Of a stretch of DNA of 64,000 bases, positions 59,027-64,000 are shown piece after piece (the first letter of the stretch is position 1; each line of letters opens with the position of its first letter). The notes below the pieces were generated by a model. That model searched no databases. It was not told where the DNA came from and saw nothing but the letters and a program-made list of their open reading frames with translations. Source of the stretch: Salinispira sp. (GTDB lineage Bacteria; Spirochaetota; Spirochaetia; DSM-27196; Salinispiraceae). The DNA lies in assembly GCA_965602015.1 (NCBI GenBank), contig OZ271918.1, positions 3,264,001 through 3,328,000 of the forward strand, given 5' to 3'. Made by a program: the position numbers and the translations under genes.

Positions 59027-60142
59027 TCAAAGAGCCCGGTAAATCGGTCTTTTGACAACTTCCGCCGCTTTCCGATTCCCTCTGACCTCAATATACACTG
59101 GTTTTCCGATTTGTGAACCGCTTTGCCGGAGATAGGCGTTGGCATAAAAGCCGTCCAGACTCGGGCTGGCCATGCCGCTGCATACCCACCCGATTTCCTT
59201 TCCGTCATCGCTTAGAACCTTCATATCCTGACGGGGCATCGCCTTGTCCTTGAGGCAGAGAGTACGCAGCTTGAAGAAGTCATCCTTGCCGGCGTACCGG
59301 GCAAGGATGGCGCTCTTGCCGATAAAATCCGGGTCTTGCTCGCCGAGTTTGCAAGCCCACTTCAACAGGGCTTCCCGCGGACTGATATCTTCGGTGAGCT
59401 CATGACCATAGAGGGGATAACCCGGTTCGAAGCGCAGGCTGTCACGGGCCGCCAGACCCACCGGTCCGCAGTCAACCGAGCGGGCTTCGGCCTGTTCGAG
59501 AATGAGATGCCATAGCTGCTGTATTCTCCCGTTCGGCGCATAGATTTCCACCCCGTCTTCCCCGGTATACCCGGTCCGGGTAAAGATGCCCTCGCCAAGC
59601 AGGTCGCCCCGGGAAATGCTGTTTCGTTCCGCCAGGTCCTGAAGCTCGGCGCTGAATCCGCACAGGCCAAGCAGCTCAAGGGCCCTGGGGCCCTGCAGGG
59701 CGATCATGCCCACCTCATCGCTGACGTCGCTCAACGAGACCGCCGGCGCCATGTCCCGAATCCAGGCGAAGTCCTTTTCCCGGTTAGAAGCGTTAACCAC
59801 GAGAAAAAAAGTCTGTTCATCGAGGCGGAAATTAAAAATATCATCCAATATTCCGCCGTCATCCCGGCACAAAAGACCGTAGCTTCCGGTGCCCGCATGC
59901 ATTGAAGCCACCGGCGAACTGACGAGCATTTCGTACTGTTCCAAAGCGGCTGAATCGGGGCAATTGATAATAAAGCGGCCCATGTGGCTGATATCGAACA
60001 AACCGCAGCTGCGGCGGACCATGAGGTGTTCTGCCCGGGCGCCCGGCTGATAATTCAGCGGCATAGACCAGCCGGCAAAGTCGACCATCTTCCCGCCGTG
60101 TTGCGTATGCCAATCGTGAAGGCATGTTTGACGTAATTCCAT
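59027..60142 (-). CDS. gcvT: Glycine cleavage T protein (aminomethyltransferase)
   Basis: MVDFAGWSMP, GLFDISHMG, RTGYTGEDG, GLAARDSLRFE. Confidence 0.96.
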   Translation of the reverse strand: MELRQTCLHDWHTQHGGKMVDFAGWSMPLNYQPGARAEHLMVRRSCGLFDISHMGRFIINCPDSAALEQYEMLVSSPVASMHAGTGSYGLLCRDDGGILDDIFNFRLDEQTFFLVVNASNREKDFAWIRDMAPAVSLSDVSDEVGMIALQGPRALELLGLCGFSAELQDLAERNSISRGDLLGEGIFTRTGYTGEDGVEIYAPNGRIQQLWHLILEQAEARSVDCGPVGLAARDSLRFEPGYPLYGHELTEDISPREALLKWACKLGEQDPDFIGKSAILARYAGKDDFFKLRTLCLKDKAMPRQDMKVLSDDGKEIGWVCSGMASPSLDGFYANAYLRQSGSQIGKPVYIEVRGNRKAAEVVKRPIYRAL

Positions 60143-60147
60143 ACCGT

Positions 60148-60176
60148 ACTATACACCCAGTCCAGGAAGCTGTGAA
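60148..60176 (-). promoter_or_regulatory. Putative gcvT promoter (leaderless)
   Basis: TTCACA-N17-TATAGT-acggt-ATG; no SD. Confidence 0.55.
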
Positions 60177-60413
60177 AAAAAACTTATCCACAGGTTATAC
60201 ACAATGGCAAATTACTGCGCGGAAACAACTTAGACGAATTTTTATACGACCTTTGATTTATTCAGTATTTATTTATCGTAAAAACCAGGATTATTTAGCA
60301 TATATGGAGTTATTTTCGATAATTTTCCATGAGCTCCGTGTTAAGACGATTTCACTACACAAATAATCAGTAGTATTTATCTATACACAGATTTTATCCA
60401 CAGCTTATGCACA
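60171..60413. other. DnaA-box cluster flanking an AT-rich spacer (oriC-like or DnaA-binding locus)
   Basis: TGTGAAAAA 60171, TTATCCACA 60184, TTATACACA 60195, CTATACACA 60381, TTATCCACA 60394, TTATGCACA 60405. Confidence 0.8.
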
Positions 60414-60438
60414 AAAAAAATCCGGCCTCCCGGCCGGA
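60413..60438 (-). terminator. Terminator after jag
   Basis: On - strand: TCCGGCC-ggga-GGCCGGA-T8. Confidence 0.8.
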
Positions 60439-60466
60439 CATGTATTCGCTGCTTTTGGGGACCGTA

Positions 60467-61144
60467 TTAACGGAATCCTTTGTAGATAACCCGCACCTGT
60501 TTGATGAGGCCTTCGCCCTCGCTGACGGTGTCGATGTTTTCAATATCGTTGAGGGTCGTGTGAATAAGACGGCGTTCGAACGGATTCATTGGTTCCAGGA
60601 GCTTCGATTTTTTTGTCCGGAGAACCTGATCTCCGACTTTTTGGGCGAGCCTGATCAGCGCTTCTTCACGTCGGCTGCGGTAGTTTTCCGAATCGATGAC
60701 AACCTTGATTCTCTCGTCGTGAAGCCGGCTGGCGATTACATTCGCCAGAAGCTGGATAGCGTCGAGGTTTTTTCCCTTCCGGCCGATGAGAATACCGTTG
60801 TTATCCGAATCCAATTTGAGCGCTATTTTTTCTTCTTCCCGGTACATGATGCTTACCGAAACCTGGTATCCCATTTTTTCAACCATGGTTTGGACAAAAT
60901 CCACGATGGCGTGCTCAAAATCATTTTCCGCTTCGGGATTGGGATTGTAGTAGTTTGAAGGAGTGCGCTCGTTCGCCCCTTCATGGGTGTGGACCCGTAT
61001 AACCACTTTTTTCTGCAGGTTTAAAAAACCACTCTTCTGGGTTTCAAGGATTTCAACATCGAACTGATCCCGCTCGAGACCAAGCTCATCAATGGCGATA
61101 TCCATGGCTTCTTTTTCTGTCTTTCCTTCGAATTCATAAACCAT
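60467..61144 (-). CDS. jag: Jag/EloR (KhpB) RNA-binding protein, KH + R3H
   Basis: EFEGKT..EA, LIGRKGKNLDAIQ, LEPMNPFERRLIH, SEGEG. Confidence 0.95.
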   Translation of the reverse strand: MVYEFEGKTEKEAMDIAIDELGLERDQFDVEILETQKSGFLNLQKKVVIRVHTHEGANERTPSNYYNPNPEAENDFEHAIVDFVQTMVEKMGYQVSVSIMYREEEKIALKLDSDNNGILIGRKGKNLDAIQLLANVIASRLHDERIKVVIDSENYRSRREEALIRLAQKVGDQVLRTKKSKLLEPMNPFERRLIHTTLNDIENIDTVSEGEGLIKQVRVIYKGFR

Positions 61145-61168
61145 ATGCTCTATCTCCTGCCCGGCGGC

Positions 61169-62980
61169 TTAGCCCGCCGCCTGGGTATTTTTCTTGTGAG
61201 TAAAAAAGTTGTACAAGAGCTGTTGGCCGGTGGTGATGACGTTCTGGAAGATCCAGTACACCAGAAGACCGGAAGGCATGTTGTACATGATAAAAAAGAA
61301 CATTATCGGCATGCCCACTGTCATCATTTTCATCTGCGCATTGCTCTGGGACGCGTCGGCGGGCTGGGTCAGCTTGGTTGATATCAGCTGGGTCCCGACG
61401 AAGAGAATCGGCAGAAGACGGAGGGCATCCCAGTTCAGAAGCGGTATCGTGAAAGGGAAATTGATAATCGCTTCGGGACTCGAAAGGTCGGTAATCCATC
61501 CGGGAATAAACACGGCGCCCCGCAGGTCGAAGTGATTGTTGAACAGGCTGAACATGGCGATAAAGAAGGGGAACTGCAGAAGGATGGGCAGACATCCGCC
61601 CAGAGGATTAACTCCTTCCTTTTTGTAGAGTTCCATGGTCGCCTGATTCAGCTTCTGGGCGTCATCGCCGAACCTTTCCTTCAGGGCGCTGACCTTGGGC
61701 CCGATTTCCTTCATTTTCGCGGTTGATTCATAGCTCTTTCTGGTCAGGGGATAGAGTACCAGTTTGACCAGGATGGTCAGGAGGATAATCGAGACTCCCC
61801 AGTTGGGAATGATTCCGTAGAAGAGGTCCAAAAGCCATTTAAGGGCGTTTTCAAGCCAACCGAGCCAGGATGATTCCATCAGGGCATCGAGCTGCAGTTC
61901 CCTCATTCCTAGGCCGTTGTCCTGGGCTGAATCGTAATTGCGCAATACCTGTGCGGATTTGGGGCCGAAATAAAAGCGGAACGTGTCGGTTACCCGGCTG
62001 CTTTCGAGAGCCGGCCTGACGAGATGCAGCTGACTGCCCTGAATTCCGCCGTCGCTGGGTTCGGCGCCGAAAACGATTTGAGATCCGCTGTTGCCCGGAA
62101 GAGCGAGGGCGACAAAGTACTTGCCGTTGACTGCGGCCCAGGGAGTCAGTTCCTCGAGGCTGCGGCGCTCTCCGTCGCTGAGATTATTGATGTCTCTGCG
62201 GCGGTCTCCGTCCAGGTAACTGAATTTCCGGAAATCAGTCCGGCTGTTACGGGGTAGTTCAATAAACTCCGGTCCGATCTGGGGTCCAATGGAAATGGTA
62301 TAGGCGTCTCCCTCGAAATTCAGGGGGACGAAGTCGTTAACGGTGTTTCGGAGCTCGAGCTCCATTTCAAACATGTATTCACCGGGAACGAAGGTATATC
62401 GTCTGATCAGCTCAAAGGGCTGGTCTTCCTGCCCCCGCACCACGATGGTCTGGTAGAACTCGTAGCTGTCGTCGCTGCTTCCACGTCGGAAGTAAAACAA
62501 GGAATCGAGCAGGTCGCCGTCAATTCCGCCAAGGCTGAGGGTCAGTCCGCTTTTCTCGGCCTCGCCGAAGAAAAAGCTTAAGGGCTCACCGTTGTCCTCA
62601 TGGCTGAGAAGGTATACTTCTGAGATATTTCCACCCCGGGGATCCATTACGACCCTGAGGAATCCCGGGTCTTCATAGACAATTTCCCGCTCACTGGGAG
62701 GATCATCCTGATCGTAGAGAGCGAGGAAACTCGCACCGCCAAAATCGTACTGTCCGGGCTCGCTTTCAGCGGCAGGCTCGCCGCCTTCACCGTTCCCGGC
62801 TGTCCGGCCAGGGGAATCGGCGTCCGACACCTGGTTTTCAACCTCCGCTTGCTCCGGGAGTGCTTCGACGGTCTGCTGCGGAGGAACATCCTCGGGGGCG
62901 AAAACCACGCTCTGAATATAAAATCCGATCGCCAAAACAATGGTGGAGAGGATTACCGCGATAAGAGTATTTTTGTCCAT
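61169..62980 (-). CDS. yidC: Membrane protein insertase YidC
   Basis: MDKNTLIAVILS, YFGPK, NWGVSIILLT, GVNPLGGCLP, WITDLSSPE, PSGLLVYW; AAGGA RBS. Confidence 0.96.
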   Translation of the reverse strand: MDKNTLIAVILSTIVLAIGFYIQSVVFAPEDVPPQQTVEALPEQAEVENQVSDADSPGRTAGNGEGGEPAAESEPGQYDFGGASFLALYDQDDPPSEREIVYEDPGFLRVVMDPRGGNISEVYLLSHEDNGEPLSFFFGEAEKSGLTLSLGGIDGDLLDSLFYFRRGSSDDSYEFYQTIVVRGQEDQPFELIRRYTFVPGEYMFEMELELRNTVNDFVPLNFEGDAYTISIGPQIGPEFIELPRNSRTDFRKFSYLDGDRRRDINNLSDGERRSLEELTPWAAVNGKYFVALALPGNSGSQIVFGAEPSDGGIQGSQLHLVRPALESSRVTDTFRFYFGPKSAQVLRNYDSAQDNGLGMRELQLDALMESSWLGWLENALKWLLDLFYGIIPNWGVSIILLTILVKLVLYPLTRKSYESTAKMKEIGPKVSALKERFGDDAQKLNQATMELYKKEGVNPLGGCLPILLQFPFFIAMFSLFNNHFDLRGAVFIPGWITDLSSPEAIINFPFTIPLLNWDALRLLPILFVGTQLISTKLTQPADASQSNAQMKMMTVGMPIMFFFIMYNMPSGLLVYWIFQNVITTGQQLLYNFFTHKKNTQAAG

Positions 62981-63085
62981 AAAAATCCGTTCCTTACAGG
63001 CTTGCTGAATTTCCGGAAAAACCCGCAAAGCGCAGGGCAGCGCATAGGGCAGGGACTTAAGCGGAATGACTGTCCATTCCGGAAA

Positions 63086-63430
63086 TTACGGCAGCAACAA
63101 CTTCGATTTTGCAAGCAGTTCGGTCATCTGATTAACACGATCGTCGTATGAATAACTGCCGGGATAGAAAATGCAGGCTATATCGTAGCCGGGTCGGATG
63201 CGTTCCTTAATGCTGCGAAACGCCTCCCGTCCTATCCGCTTTATGTAGTTTCGGGCAACGGCATTGCCATACCGCCGCCCCGGAGTCACCAGGATTCGTG
63301 TTATATCCCGATGGTTTATCCGGTACGCAAGTTTTAAGCCCCGGGTAGAAGCAAAATAAGAAGACGCGAAGAGGAGCTTGATGTCCTCACGTCTTCTTAT
63401 CCGTTCATCCCTAGTAAGGCTTTTTCTCAT
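63086..63430 (-). CDS. rnpA: Ribonuclease P protein component
   Basis: [15 protein letters not shown] motif; lies between rpmH and yidC. Confidence 0.92.
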   Translation of the reverse strand: MRKSLTRDERIRRREDIKLLFASSYFASTRGLKLAYRINHRDITRILVTPGRRYGNAVARNYIKRIGREAFRSIKERIRPGYDIACIFYPGSYSYDDRVNQMTELLAKSKLLLP

Positions 63431-63566
63431 CAGAAACGCTGAGTTTCTTTCTTCCCTTAGCCCGGCGGCGTTTCAAAACGAGCCGACCGCCTTTGGTCTT
63501 CATCCGCTCGCGAAAGCCGAATTTCCGGTTCCGCTTGGTGCGGCTGGGCTGATATGTTCGCTTCAT
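63411..63566 (-). CDS. rpmH: 50S ribosomal protein L34 (51 aa)
   Basis: Hand-translated: [59 protein letters not shown]; overlaps rnpA by 20 nt. Confidence 0.97.
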   Translation of the reverse strand: MKRTYQPSRTKRNRKFGFRERMKTKGGRLVLKRRRAKGRKKLSVSDEKKPY

Positions 63567-63628
63567 CGCAGTACTCCTAAAAATGATTGCGCGCTATGGG
63601 GTTTTTTACCTGCACAAATTGGAATGGC

Positions 63629-63657
63629 AGTATAATTTTAAGTTTCACCCGTGTCAA
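63629..63657 (-). promoter_or_regulatory. rpmH promoter
   Basis: TTGACA-N17-TATACT. Confidence 0.75.
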
Positions 63658-63693
63658 TCTAGGCCAATTCATTATCAGCTAGACATTTACGCC

Positions 63694-64000
63694 TTATTTG
63701 CCCTGTTTTTCCGATCTTCCCAGTTTCTCTAGGCGCCGGAAGGTCTCAGCCAGCTCTGGATCTTCGGGAATTTTCCGATGAACCTCCCGATTCTCCGGAG
63801 AATCGGGATTTTGACCGGAAGCCGGAGTAGGGCCGTCGGCCTTCATCGGAGTCTTTTGTGTGGGCACCGGCCGCTGCGAGGCCGCGGACGGCGGCGTGTT
63901 TCCCATCAGACGGGCTTCCCTCCGCTCGATAAAACGCTCGTTGCTGACCCGCTGGACGAATATGCTGCGTATGCGCAACTCCGGGTGGCGCTTTTGCAGG
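63694..64000 (-). CDS. 3' part of a probable DUF721/DciA family protein (start outside the window)
   Basis: ...LQKRHPELRIRSIFVQRV followed by a low-complexity tail; position upstream of rpmH fits spirochaete gene order. Confidence 0.55.
   Translation of the reverse strand, partial: LQKRHPELRIRSIFVQRVSNERFIERREARLMGNTPPSAASQRPVPTQKTPMKADGPTPASGQNPDSPENREVHRKIPEDPELAETFRRLEKLGRSEKQGK

Noticed and set aside
60143..60413. Glycine riboswitch before gcvT; also ORF 60124..60366
   Set aside because: No GGAGA...CAGG aptamer cores. The region is explained by DnaA boxes and a start-proximal promoter.

Overview
A 64-kb stretch of core chromosome, most likely from a free-living spirochaete. The taxonomy is inferred from the FlhG-like/FapA pair, DUF2259, the extended L34, the archaeal/eukaryote-type ProRS and the Borrelia-like order DUF721-rpmH-rnpA-yidC-jag. 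The window lies close to the replication-origin gene block. It holds about 52 densely packed CDS: ctpA, lgt/lnt, pnt, proS, nadE, glucan enzymes, a MoxR triad, purL/Q, lysA, ahcY, gcvT/H/PA/PB, jag/yidC/rnpA/rpmH. I saw no rRNA, tRNA, CRISPR, IS or prophage. The most interesting signals are: (1) a two-gene unit with its own operator, encoding a motif-degenerate fold-II PLP domain fused to a GNAT, plus a RocB-like M20 hydrolase; (2) an unannotated ~105-nt promoter-to-terminator unit between lysA and a merR gene (candidate sRNA); (3) a DnaA-box cluster behind jag that overlaps the gcvT promoter; (4) a recurring leaderless-mRNA architecture; (5) PEPCK motifs in a DUF4914 protein; (6) a Cys-poor rpmG-rpmB pair behind a perfect 22-bp palindrome; (7) a TipA-like MerR gene with a 19-bp-spacer promoter and an internal start. 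All calls come from reading motifs by eye; no database searches were run.
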